Assembly: GCF_963676685.1 (NCBI RefSeq)
Contig: NC_092345.1
Coordinates: forward strand, 60,884,001-60,948,000
Direction: 5' to 3'
Length of the DNA stretch: 64,000 nt
Source of the DNA: Mytilus edulis
Taxonomy: Eukaryota
Position numbers and translations under genes: made by a program. A model generated the notes under the pieces. That model worked only from the letters and a program-made list of their open reading frames with translations. It was not told the DNA's origin and ran no database searches. Positions 12,887-25,154 of the stretch are shown one piece after another; position 1 is the stretch's first letter; each line of letters begins with the position of its first letter.

Positions 12887-13887
12887 TATTTTATTTGCGA
12901 TCACAAATGCACGAAGACGTCCATTTCTATGTAAATTGGGTCGATTTTTTTATATAGATAAGATGAATGCGTTTCTGTTGCCAAGTGTTTTTCACAAGTA
13001 TAGTAGCAGTATAGCAGAACGGTTTAAGTTTCCTATATACACCAAATGATACATTTTGCCAATACAATAACGTAAATGCATGCAAATTTCACAAGGTTTA
13101 ATCCAAATAGCTTTCTTACTATCCAATAACTTTCAAGTACGAAAAAGACATGGCAGAAGTATATTTTGTCTTTATGTTTCGTATTTGCACAACTTTTGAA
13201 AGTGGATTATGCATTCGTTCTAAAATAAAATTAGACCAGATAAAAGTTAAAAGATTACATAACTCGACAATCGCAATTGTTAAATCCGAAAAAGATAATC
13301 AATCAATACATGCATTCAGTAAGTCATTCTTTTTTTCTGAAAGAACATGGCTTTGCGATATCTTATTATGAAAATTGATTGTCGAAACATAACAAAAACA
13401 CAAGTAAAGGACGTTTAATTAATCAATATAAATCAAAACACAAATTCCTGATTAGTATTTCGAATTATTTTATATAGGCGTTGAGAACCTTTGGTGACCC
13501 CACGGTTTAAATGTTTATATTAAGGACGTCGTGAGCAATGGGCGTTATGGACGATCGTTCACCTAATCTGTCCCAGTCAATGGTATATTAAAGTGCGCCA
13601 ATCAATGTCCATAGCCACACTGTTATGAATTCGATACTATTTATTTCTTTTGACCAAAGGTTTGTAAACTATAAAAATCATTGTTTTTACGTTCGTAGTA
13701 ACATAGTAAATTCCATTGTCGGTCACCTGTGTCAATTCACGTGCACACTGACTACATTATTGTTGTATTTAAATCTTTCGGCCAATGAAATGAGACGTAA
13801 CAAATTGTTTGTTTGTGATACGCAAGAATGTTATCAATGATCTATCAAACGCTAAAGTCGACTGCATTTCAGTATACCTTTCTTAGC

Positions 13888-14800
13888 ATTAATAAATTGA
13901 ACCAATGCCATACCATCTCTTATGTAAGTTGTGAGTGATGGTATAAAGGAAGGTAGGGAAAGTGCATCAGAGATATTGGACTATAAAAACTCCTTGTGAT
14001 CACGAATGATAAAATGTTTAGACATTTTCAAGCCTTCCTCGACAACTGTGAGCAAAGAACCTCAAATATGTCTTGAAGCATGCATTTAAGAAGAGATATT
14101 GATAAGACATTGAGGGTGGGATTCCACACCAAAGGGATCAGTCATGGATCATTTAGATGATTCACAATGGCAATAATATGTTCTTCATCTCTGTTCATTG
14201 CTGTTGGCTTTGTTTCTTACTGTGAATTTGCATAATTTTCAGCATTTCCATCCCTTTTCAGTATTACACGACTAATGCATTCTATGAAATGTCTATTATG
14301 GGCCCATCGAACAAGCGCAGACTTTCGAATTGTAATGCCTACAGTGCCACCCAATCCCCTCGAGGCTTTTATAACGGTCTTTTCTGTTGCCATGTCATAG
14401 TACTTCAGTTTAAAATGTCCAGGAATCTGTCTAAAAAGCAAAGTAGCCATCTATAAAAGGTGATCAAATGTTCACAGAAAATTGAAGCATATCGAGTATG
14501 TAAAATGGCATCCACTTTCGTGGAGTACGTTTGGTTACAAAAATATAATTTTACATTTGAGATGACGATCTCAAGGAAGAGACCAATTTCCCTCTCGTTC
14601 TGCTCTAACATTTGACAGCTAAATGTCTACTGCTTCAGGGAACATATCCCAGTATGTAAATATAAGTAATACATCACATCCAAATAGCGTATATGTATCT
14701 ATAAGAGGCTGTATATGAGCTTCAAATAGCTCCGTCATATGAGCGTTATGAATTTTGTCTGGCTTGAATTGCTGAAATAGTGCTTTTGAGACAAATGAAT
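13888..14800 (-). pseudogene. Decayed Academ transposase region
   Basis: ORF fragments 14217-14450 and 14405-14611 carry H.RYAS and D.A.E....GG..G.T....AL.RW-type motifs; they continue into the XPG-start motif at ~13890-13925. Confidence 0.7.
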
Positions 14801-15290
14801 TTGATATTATTGATTAATAAAGGTACAAATGTATGAAATAACATATAAATGTTAATTATTTTACATTTTGCGTTAAAAAAATCATGAAATTAAATTGGAA
14901 CGTACGCTATTAAATGCAAAGTATTCGTAGTGTTAAACTTTTACAAAAACTCTTTAATAAAGAAATTAATTTTGCTAAACTTTCTTTGAAATCGTTACAA
15001 TAATATGTATAAGGTGTAACAACGATGTAAATAATAACAGAAATCATATCACGGATGTTATTTTACAATGTTGACCTCAAAACTTTTCTTAGTCGATTTT
15101 TCGTTCAAGTTAATTAACGTACTTCAAAGCCCATTTTACGAAAATTGCACCGTACGATTTTTTGACGACAAGTCAAAATGTTAAGTTTAACCTTTGAACT
15201 ACCAATACTGTGATTTATAGCCGTATAGTCCAAATGACAATTAAACTCCTTAAATAAGCGACTTTTCCTTACTCGGTCACCGTACTAAAA

Positions 15291-16022
15291 AGCAAACCAG
15301 TCCCTTGGATTTATTCGTAGAAACCTAAAAATAGCATCACCGAAAGTTAAAGCTCACGCATATAAAGCTCTTGTCCGACCAAAATTAGAGTACTGCTCAA
15401 CAATTTGGGACCCACATCAAAAACAGCAAATTTCACAAATCGAAAAAGTTCAAAGAAGAGCAGCACGCTTCTCATGCAACCACTTCCATAACACCAGCTC
15501 AGTTACTGAAATGATGACAGACCTAAATTGGTACCCACTCGAAATTAGGCGTTTACGATACAGACTTGTTTTCTTTTACAAAATTATACATGAAATTGTT
15601 GCAGTCCCTACACATAACCTTTTGATCCCACTAGACAATAGAACCAGACATAGCAATCCACACTCATTTAGGCAAATACAAACATCCAAAGACAGTTATA
15701 AATAATCATTTTATCCACGAACTGTTATAAATTGGAATCATCTGCCACAACAAATAGTATCATGCAGTACAGTACAGGGATTCAAGAGTATGATCTCAGA
15801 ATCTGCTCTCATCCCGATATTCTATCCCTAACTATTCTGTTATCAAATGTATATAGTTTTATCACAATTCATTTTTTCAAATGTAAATACGTTATGTTGA
15901 TTTTTTGATTTTGTTATTTTTGATTTTTGTTGCTAAAGTGTAAATTATAAATTATTTTATAGTCGACGCCCGGCGAATAATCTTTAATAATTGAAGGATC
16001 GCTAGAAACCTAAAGAAGAAAA
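15291..16022 (+). mobile_element. CR1-group LINE, right part (RT C-terminus plus 3' UTR)
   Basis: Encodes KANQSLGFIRRNLKIASPKVKAHAYKALVRPKLEYCSTIWDPH...IEKVQRRAAR...SFYPRTVINWNHLP, in frame with the left part once the Academ element is removed. One premature stop at 15703-15705. Confidence 0.9.
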
Positions 16023-18511
16023 AGGGTGAAAGCTCTCGACCTGGAACCCAAACACACGGACATAGTTATTGATAAAATCTGGGAACAATATATCGAGCTT
16101 CCCGGAGAATATTAAATCTGGATAAAATCTGGGACTATTATACTGTTTTAGTTGTTGTCACGTTGTCCCCACGGTAAACAAGAAAATTAAAGAGAAAACT
16201 CAAACTAAAACTTGCTGATATTTATTTCAACACAGAGTGACACAAATCTAAGAGAAACATTAATAATATTTCATCCATTTAATTACTAAGTCTTTGCTGA
16301 GACCAGAGATATATATAATATACCTGTATTATATGACCCTAGTCGTAGACTTTGCTACTATACTGTCACCGTCTCTTTTTTTTACTTTGTTTATTACAAT
16401 ACTGATTGTTTAATATATTCTTTTGTAATTCTAAATTCAATAAAATGAATGATTAAATGTAGTCAAAAGCTGCGCGCAAACGTATAATAGTTTAATCTCC
16501 AAATGCGCGCAGGCAAATACTAGTATATATATATTCCTTTGATAAACCAAAACTGCCTCTAATACCGATAAATCTTTATAATATTTTAAGAACCTTCGCA
16601 TGCAGAATAAATACTGAGAGCTAGACAATATAATACACGACTGTCATTAGGTATACTAGTATTGAGAAAAAAATAGGAAAAGAAAAAGTGACTATAGCAA
16701 GTCGGCAATTCAGTATTGATCACAGACACCGAAAACTGCTAGTCTTCAACACAGCGAAAAAAATCCCGCTTCCAGAGGTGGGCTTATGCTGGTCTCTAAA
16801 CAAAAATATGTACTAGCTCAATGAAAATAAATATGGCAAATATGTTCTTATCGTGAATATGCAATTAATTTCATCATCATCAAAATCTGTTGATCACTAC
16901 TGCATGGGAACAGTATATCTAACAATATATATGTTCCTGATCACTACTTCTTCTACTGCATGCGCTTGGAATATAAATTCTTTTAAATGAATTTAGTAAT
17001 TTAAGTTTCTATACCAACTCGAAATCCGGTTGCTTCTTTTATTCTACGTGTTAATGGTCATACCAATATTTCGTTATAGTTAGTACTTTAGTAGTTTTAC
17101 AATTTTGCCGTCTATCAGAGTACAGAGCGATGCATATGCACTGCTTCTACGATGATTAGTGCAAAAAGAACAAGCCCCTTCACAAAGGTTGATACAATGT
17201 TCAAATAAAGCGTAAGATACCAGATCATTTGAAGTCAGCCCCCAATTGATGTTCCAAAGTTATGCCAAGTGTTGTACTGGTCAAACTATTATCACACCCT
17301 GTTAGATTTCGTCCAATAACTCGTCAGGCAAAATTTATTTCCATATCTAATACCTTTTATTTTCCTGTGGCAGTCCAAATTCTTCCTCATCCCTGTCGTC
17401 CCACATCCAGTACCTACACATATGTTGTCAATAATTTGACTTTCCGGGATCCCGTAATGAAAATGCATGGAATAATTGCCACTGCATGGATGTACAGGGA
17501 AACAATATCAATCAATTGTTCAATCAAAGCTTTTTTGACAAGAATCACATCAGAAATCCATTACCAGACTAGCTCATAGTCAAAATGACAAAAGGAACGG
17601 AAGCACCTTTCCTATTGTAATTTTTCCAGTCGTTACAGCGATGTTATGTCGACTCCATCTTGTGTGTTCCTCCAATCCAGAAAGATTTATGAACATACTA
17701 TTTAGACGTCTTCAGTATTCTACAGTTCACAAGGTATATTTTTCTATCCAGAATTTTTTACGGGGTGCATATTTACTTTGATATACTACGACTCTTGTCA
17801 AAAACAATGCAGGTGGACTTATGATTTTACTTATACTTATACCATCCATTCAATATTCATTGGTAACAATACGTTCTATGTTTTGATAACAACTTAACAA
17901 TTTTCGTAATTTTAACGAAACCCAATATGATCCAATATCGAAACTGACTTTTAAAATATCTGCATAAATTTAAGTGGTTGATCTCTACTGTATCTATACC
18001 CGTTTTACAACCAAGCTTTGGGATATCAGCTTTTCTGTAAAGCATAAGCAGGAAACCATAACCAGTGAACCATTTACGTGCGGGATACAAACTAAAACCG
18101 AGAGAAACACATCAACTATAAAAGGAAAACAACGAAACAACAGAAACACTTTTAAGTGCAACAAAAAACCAAACGACAATTTAAAAGAGGGACGAAAGAT
18201 ACCAGAGGGACATTCAAACTCTCAAATCGAAAATAAACTGACAACGCCATGTAACACACACAAAAAAGAACAATAAGATAACAACTGCCATTTTCCTGAC
18301 TTGGTACAGGACATTTTTTGAAAAAAATGGTGCGTTAAACCTGGTTTTGTGGCTACTAGCTAAGCCAAACCTCGCGCTTTTATGGCAGTGTTAAATAATA
18401 TAACACTGAAAGGACAACATTACATGACAGGACTACAGTACACATAAAGGTTAAAACATTCAGGACAGAGAAATACACAAATAAACAAAGGAATAATACA
18501 TTTCGACATGC

Positions 18512-18790
18512 TAATAGTTATCAAAGGTGCCAGGCTTATAATGTAATAAGCCAGACGCGCTTTTCATCTACGCAAATTAGCATTGAAACTCAGATCAAAC
18601 CGGTATAAAGTACAAGAGCATCGATGTCCCAAAATTCCAAAAAGTTATGCCAAATACGGCTAAGGTTATCTATGCCTGGAATAATTCATACTTTTGCAAA
18701 CAGTAAATTTATATAAAAAAAATAAGCATATAATTTATAAAAAAAATAATCATATAATTGATATTTATGTCAACACCGAAGTGCTGACTA
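18512..18790 (-). repeat. Decayed retrozyme-type monomer (hammerhead core degenerate)
   Basis: aatagttatcaaagg..ccaggcttataa...agacgcgc...caacaccgaagtgctgac aligns with the 40580-40975 unit. Confidence 0.65.
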
Positions 18791-19020
18791 ACCACAGAAT
18801 AAAAACGAACACTTCAAACAACCTAGGCAGAACATCAAAACAGCACAACAGAAAACTTCCCTTGATTATGTTCACTGCAGATAGAGTAAAAACAGAAAAG
18901 TACACATGTTTTCACTGAATATAATAGAGTTTTGTTTGAATGCCCTTGAAATAAATAGTTATATGAAAATGTAATTCGCAATATTATACGAACTAACATA
19001 CGTGTCTATACCCTTCAAAT

Positions 19021-19110
19021 ATCAGTGAGCCAGAGCTGCTTATCACCTGAGGACTAGGAACAGTTTATCAGTGAGCCAGAGCTGCTTACCACCTGAGACT
19101 AGGAACAGTT
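19021..19110. repeat. Tandem duplication of ~46 bp
   Basis: atcagtgagccagagctgctta.cacctgag(g)actaggaacagttt occurs twice. Confidence 0.9.
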
Positions 19111-20668
19111 TAGTATCACTTTATCAATTTGAATTTTAGAGAAAAAACTAATTTTTCAAAATACGGAATTTTGCAATCTAATTAGTTTAACGAAATCAGA
19201 GATTAATATTTTAATTAGATTTGGGAATTTTGTTGTACGCTGACATCTAGATTTTTAAGCATCCTATATATATGTCTCAAAATGCATTTAAGAAAAGCTG
19301 TATTTTTTTCATATTTTTGTTCGGCAAACTTGAGATGAAAACTACGATGAAATAGAAATTTTGTCGTGGAAAAGTCCGTTTATAATACTAGTTTTAAATT
19401 GAAGTAATATTCTGGAAAACTATTTGTTGAAGGCCGTATGATGATCTATAATTGTTAATTTCTGTGTCATTAGGTCTCTTGTGGTTAGTTGTCCCATTTG
19501 CAATCATACCACATCTTCTTATTTTTATAACTATTCTCATTATGTTTATTCAGTTATTAAAAAAGATTCCACTGTTACTGAATTGTGTTGAAATATTGAT
19601 CATTGGATTTAGCTATTATCACATGTGATCTGCTCTCGAAATTGACAATTTTCCATTACATATTACGTTATATTTAAACAACTGGGAATTTTAAAGGTAT
19701 TTATAAATGGCGCAATGCCAAAATAGGTTTATTTATGTCATTTGAATTTAAAAGTATAAGATGGATTATATTTCTTAAATTTTAATACGTTATAAGGTAT
19801 GTAAAATATATTCAATATTCCTTATACATGTTTGAATTTGGGAGGGATAAGTAATGATCTTGGGAGAGCTTGATAATAAAAACTGTAAGTGTCACATATT
19901 GATAAACAATAACCTTTTACTAAGAAAATTAGATTAATTCTGGATCTTCAGAGCTAAGGGTTAGGGGTTCCTATTCCCCGTCAGTCAGCCGTCTGAAATA
20001 ATACAGTGATAGAGAATATGTGACGATTTTCAATGAGAATCCCGCATACCAATTATTTGGACAGGAGTGTCTGGACTACTTCATTGATTTCTAGTTTGTT
20101 CACATGGAATTTGGGATTAACCCCTGTTATTAAGGATGTAAGTAACCAAATTGCAATCAAATTACATTAATTTGTTGTATATGTGCCATACATATTTGTA
20201 ATGTCATGTCTGATACAGCATGCACTCTGACACTCTATAAAATTTGAAAGTTTATTAATAGCATTTATAAAACAAAATATGTGTAACACAGAATTTATCT
20301 TTGGAATTTAAGAATGGATTAAACAGACATTTAACCAAATATCAATGGTAGGACGTTTTATGTGTCGATGGTTTTGGGTATAGACTAGTAGCTTTCTGTT
20401 CCACATCAAGTCACATCAAAAAGATAATTGCGTATCATCGACAGGTTGAATCAATATACCATACATAGATTGGTGTTGAACTTAAAATAAGCACAATAGA
20501 TTCTTTTTAAATTTAACAAAGGAGTCTTGAACATAGTAAGAACTTTAATAAATAAAGTATCCACACAAATATTGATTGCATTTAACATTTATTGACTTGT
20601 TTAATGTTATTTCTTTTCCTTTGTAGATTTCTTAATATCAATACGCCAACGCTAGTTCAACTAAACGA

Positions 20669-21640
20669 ATGTTCAGCAACGTTTCACTTCCTGCTCAAGA
20701 AAATGAGGACATAATTGAGAAAACGATAAAAAGAAACAAAACTAATACAAGTACTGATAATGATTATAGTATACAGTGCTCTCCTAAGAAGAAACACACT
20801 GAAACAGAAAACAAAAAAACAGAAAAAAGTGAAATTGAGAAAACAGAAAAGAGTGGATTTGAAAGACTAAAATTTGACAATCAAACAACATTTGATATAA
20901 AATGTTCCGAAAGTAAGCCCTGGATTAGTAGCATTGATGAGCTTCCAAATGGAAATGTTGTTTTGACGGACTTTTGTAACTGTAAGCTGTATGTTTATAA
21001 TCAGAGTTTAGAAATATATAAAGCTATTGATGTAAGTGGAAAACCTTGTGCAATAGCAGTGATAAATAGTGACAAAATTGCTGTTACATTACAAGAAAAG
21101 AAATCTGTGGCACTTGTAAACATTCTGACTAGAAAAACGTTCCGATATTTGAATGTCGAAGACAGTTGCCATGGAATTACGTATACCGATGACAACCTCG
21201 TTTTGAACTGTCTAGAAAAAGGGTTAACGTTTATCAGTTTGGACGGTGCTGTGCAAAATACAATTTCTGATGTTACAGGCGAAGCTTATTTGTGTTCATC
21301 TGACAATGGTAATATTTACTGTGCTGTATATTGGTCACATAAAGTCTTGTGCTTCAATAGACAAGGCGACGAGATATATTCCTTTTCTAATCTGACAATG
21401 AAATGTATTAGAGGTATATCGGTTGATCATCAAGGACAAGTTTTTACAAGTGAGTTTGGAAAAAATAAAATTCATGTTATCAATTCCGAGGGAACAAAAT
21501 CACACGTGATTCTCTCGAAGAAGCATGGAATAAACAAGCCGCTGTGTGTACATTTCAACCGAAATGACATGTGTTTGTACGTTTCAAATAATGACGGAGA
21601 ATCAGTTTCAATGTACAAATTAGATTCTTCCTCGGAATAA
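20669..21640 (+). CDS. NHL-repeat / six-bladed beta-propeller protein (TRIM-NHL-like C-terminal domain), 323 aa
   Basis: Blade motifs LPNGNVVLTDF.N..L.VY, P.AIAV, CHGIT, GNIY....SHKV, RGISVD..GQVF, P.CVHFN..LYVSN. Splice acceptor tttcctttgtag at 20626, in-frame stop at 20633-20635 upstream of the ATG, and AATAAA signals just after the stop. Confidence 0.85.
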   Translation: MFSNVSLPAQENEDIIEKTIKRNKTNTSTDNDYSIQCSPKKKHTETENKKTEKSEIEKTEKSGFERLKFDNQTTFDIKCSESKPWISSIDELPNGNVVLTDFCNCKLYVYNQSLEIYKAIDVSGKPCAIAVINSDKIAVTLQEKKSVALVNILTRKTFRYLNVEDSCHGITYTDDNLVLNCLEKGLTFISLDGAVQNTISDVTGEAYLCSSDNGNIYCAVYWSHKVLCFNRQGDEIYSFSNLTMKCIRGISVDHQGQVFTSEFGKNKIHVINSEGTKSHVILSKKHGINKPLCVHFNRNDMCLYVSNNDGESVSMYKLDSSSE

Positions 21641-22396
21641 ATAATAAATGATGTTATGTTTAATACTTTGAATTATTTTTATTTGCCCTGTATATCACCA
21701 TTTGTATAACTTGTCCGAGCCTTTTGTCACGTAAAAGAAAGCCGAGTAATAATGTTTAAATAATAAAATGTATAAATGTAGAACAAGATCACACAAGAAG
21801 TATAATCTCGTCTGGGTCAGTTGGTCAAGGAAGACAATATAAACTTCGAGATTATTTAGCAATTAAGTGTGTACGTGACCAAACGATTGGTTGAACTTAA
21901 AAACATAAATTATAAGCTTAATAGGGGTTCAGTATTTTTGTTTTATTAATCGAGAAATTTTTCCACCTTTATAGTCGAACAATAATAACACACTAAATCA
22001 GATTAAAAGGCAAACTACGTGTACCTACAAATAAATATGTATATATGTATTTATACAATAAATACATACATACATATTTAATGGAGTCTCCTTATGTATT
22101 GAAGCATTTTGACTTCTTCCAAAGCCAGTATCTCATCTTGGGTAATGGACCACTTTTTTCTTAGTATTTGTTTGTGGTTTTTATATTGCAAATATTCTAT
22201 AATCTTTAACCTATTAAATATGTTCTTGCTTTTTCCATACGATATTACAGTAACTCTCGTTACCCACTATTATTATTTTCACGAAAGATGGAAAATATGA
22301 ATATTGTAATCTGCTAACTTTTTATGTCCAATATTTCCACTAAATCATACAAATTAACACATGTATCAACTCAAGGCAATCACTAATCGACTGCAT

Positions 22397-23692
22397 AAAC
22401 TAGAGGCTCTTAAAAGCCTGTGTCGCTCACATTGGTCTATGTGCATATTAAACAGAAGACACAGATGGATTAATGACAAAATTGTGTTTTGGTGATGGTG
22501 ATGTGTTTGTAGATTTTACTTTACTGAACATTCTTACTACTTACAATTATCTCTATCTTTAATGAACTTGGCCAATTAGTTACAGAGGAAAATATTTTGT
22601 TAAAAATTTATAAAAAATTACAAAATTTAAGAAAATTGTAAAAAAAGGATTGAAAGGGCATTAACTCATTAAGGGATCAACTGACCATTTTGGTCATGCA
22701 GACATATTTGTAGATCTTACTTTGCTGAACATTATTGCTGTTTACAGTTTATCTCTATCTATAATAATATTCAATATAATAACCAAAAACAGCCGAATTT
22801 CATTAAAATTACCAATTCAGGGGCAGCAACCTAACAACCGGTTGTCCGATTCATCTGAAAATTTTAGGGCAGATAAATCTTCACTTAATTAACAATTTAA
22901 CTCCCATGTCTGATTTGCTCTTAATGCTTTGGTTTCAGAGTTATAAGCCAAAATCTACATTTTACCCCTATGTTCTATTTTAGCCATGTCAGCCATCTTG
23001 GTTGGTTGGCTGAGTCACCGCATACATTTTTTAAACAAGATACCTCAATGATGATTGTGGCCAAGTATGGTTAAATTTAGCCCAGTAGTTTCAGATAAGA
23101 TTTTTGAAGATTACAAACATTTTACGAAAAATTGGTAAAAATGACTATAAAGGGCAATAACTCCTTAAGGGGTCAACTGACCATTTTGGTCATGTTGACT
23201 TATTTGTAGATTTTACCTTGCTGAACATTATTGCTGTTTGCAGTTTATCTCTATCTATAACAATATTCAAGATAATAATAAAAAACGGCAAAATTTCTAA
23301 TTCAGGGGCAGCAACCAAACAACCGGTTGTCCGATTCGTCTCAAAATTTCAGGGTAGATAGATCTTGACTTAATAAACAAGTGGACCCCATGTCAGATTT
23401 GCCCTAAATGCTTAGGTTTCAGAGTTATAAGCCAACATCTACATTTTACCCCTATGTTCTATTTTTATCCATGGCGGCCATCCTGGTTGGTTGACCGGGT
23501 CACCAAACACAGTTTTTAAACTAGATACCCCAATAATGATTGTGACCAAGTTTGGTAAAATTTGGTCCAGTAGTTTCTGAGGAGAAGATTTTTGTAAAAG
23601 TTAACGACGACGGACGATGGACGACGATGACGGACGACGGACGCCAAGTGATGAGAAAAGCTCACTTGGCCTTTTAGGCCAGGTGAGCTAAA
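22397..23692 (+). mobile_element. Helentron/DINE-like non-autonomous element with internal ~496-bp tandem duplication
   Basis: 5' gtcgctcac, a 3' (gacg)n microsatellite, and a terminal hairpin agctcac-ttggcc-tttt-aggcc-ag-gtgagct in an A-run. The internal block aaagggca.taactc.ttaaggg.tcaactgacc occurs at ~22653 and ~23149. Confidence 0.75.
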
Positions 23693-24209
23693 AAATGAAA
23701 ACAACACTTATAAAATAAATAATTTCATGCGTCCTAAGCTCTATTCTGGAATAACCATCATCCTTGTTCTGACTATGTATGAAATATTTGCTGCTGGGCA
23801 TTACGCAAACAAGCCCTGCCTTTGTAGAGAAAACTTATTTATTTCCGTTGTTGAAATTGTAAAAAAAAAATCCCAATGTTCAGGAAAATGTATGACGGAC
23901 ACAAAATTGGATTTCTTTGGACTATTCAATCAACGAGATATAGATATACATTTAGTTCGAGCGTCAAATAATACAGGTTTTATTTTGTATACTTTCACAG
24001 CCTGCTATGGAATTAAAATGAAAGCAAGAATTAATTGAAAAAGATTAAATGCAGCATGTCTAAAATTCTTTATTTAATTTATGATGGTTTTTCAAACAAC
24101 CCAATTTCGTTTTCTTTGGTTTATTTCAAAACTACATACTTGACACGCTTATGTCGTCTTTAACAGTTTTTGATAACATTTAATGTAAATATGATAAATT
24201 TAAATGTAA

Positions 24210-24375
24210 CAGTGGCGGATGCAGCCATTTAAAAAAAAGGGGGGGGGGTTCCCAACACAAAGTAAAGGGAGGGGGGTTCCAACTATATGCTCCCATTCAA
24301 ATGCATTGATCGGCCAAAAAAAAAAGGGGTGGTCCAACCCCCGGACCCCCCCTACCCCCCCTGGATCCGTCACTG
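24210..24375. mobile_element. 166-bp MITE, CAG...CTG ends, 5-bp TSD
   Basis: cagtggcggatgcag / ctggatccgtcactg, flanked by tgtaa at 24205-24209 and 24376-24380. Confidence 0.8.
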
Positions 24376-25154
24376 TGTAAGTATGTTTTATGAAAATGAA
24401 GATTAAAACGTTTGCCTTATTTCGTGTTTATATTAAATAATAAAGACCTCAACTCTACTTTAGTGTATAACAGTAACGGACGTGAAACACATCAGTTTAA
24501 CTCCAGTGAATGTGTATTTGTCCGTCTGACAGACTTTATATCTAACTGGCCTTATTTTCATTATTTATTGATCAACATTGTGCGTACAATAAAATCCTTG
24601 AAAGTGATTGAATGTCTGTCTTACAATGGGCATCTGATCTCGACTCTGACGTCTTTCTTTTCTGTGATGTTGATCTTTCTGTATAGTCAATACGAATATC
24701 AGGTGAGCTGTATTTGGTCAGGTAATATCACTGTTATAAACATTTCAGTCTGACAGTAGTCATCTCACCTTGACCCCATGTTATTGGTCACATGTGTACA
24801 TTCAGTTTAGTGACTATGCCATATAGATTATTAACTGAATTGTTCATAGTGTTTTTCAAGAGCTTAATTTGTAGTTCATACTCAGACGTTGTAAAACGTC
24901 ACCAGTGTATGAGTAGAAAGTAGATGAACGAGGGGTATTTCAAAGAACGTCTCGTCCTTTTTCTAAAAAAGTGGATACCAAGACCTTATTCCTAAATATT
25001 CCGTATCAACTTCACAAATAATACGCAATGGTCTTGAAATATAGATTCTGGGTACTGAGGTTGTTTATCATCTTAATAACGTGTTATACTATTCTTTTAT
25101 TTGTCTCTATTAATATAATTTTTACTGTGAAGTCTTTTTTATTATTATTAATAT

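Larger units (their letters stand above)
8820..13887. mobile_element. 5.07-kb non-coding insertion of unknown class inside the Academ ORF
   Basis: Removing it rejoins the minus-strand frame IRDGMALVQFIN|ADECKTCGDLA. Ends: ttagc-gaaaggta (8828-8840) ... tacctttc-ttagc (13875-13887). Confidence 0.7.
5966..15287 (-). mobile_element. Academ-type (XPG-containing) DNA transposon, decayed, with nested insertions
   Basis: Perfect 13-bp TIRs tagtacggtgacc (5966-5978) / ggtcaccgtacta (15275-15287) and an inferred 3-bp AAA TSD. Minus-strand coding relics: transposase-like DMATEKTV..SRGLGGTVGITIRKSALVRW (~14250-14400); XPG/PIN motifs IRDGMALVQ, VFDRYD..SIKSAERERR, LFSTQEKAYT, LPAAHVLTGCDATSSLFGVG; C-terminal CVCSLQNLACPGLWSCKGSELCRN (~6481-6555). 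Confidence 0.85.

Noticed and set aside
17262-18276. ORFs of about 100 aa
   Set aside because: No domain similarity; 17974-18276 runs into dispersed repeat sequence.
23516-24753. ORFs 23516-23707, 23727-24038 and 24412-24753
   Set aside because: Repeat-derived or low-complexity AT-rich frames without homology cues.
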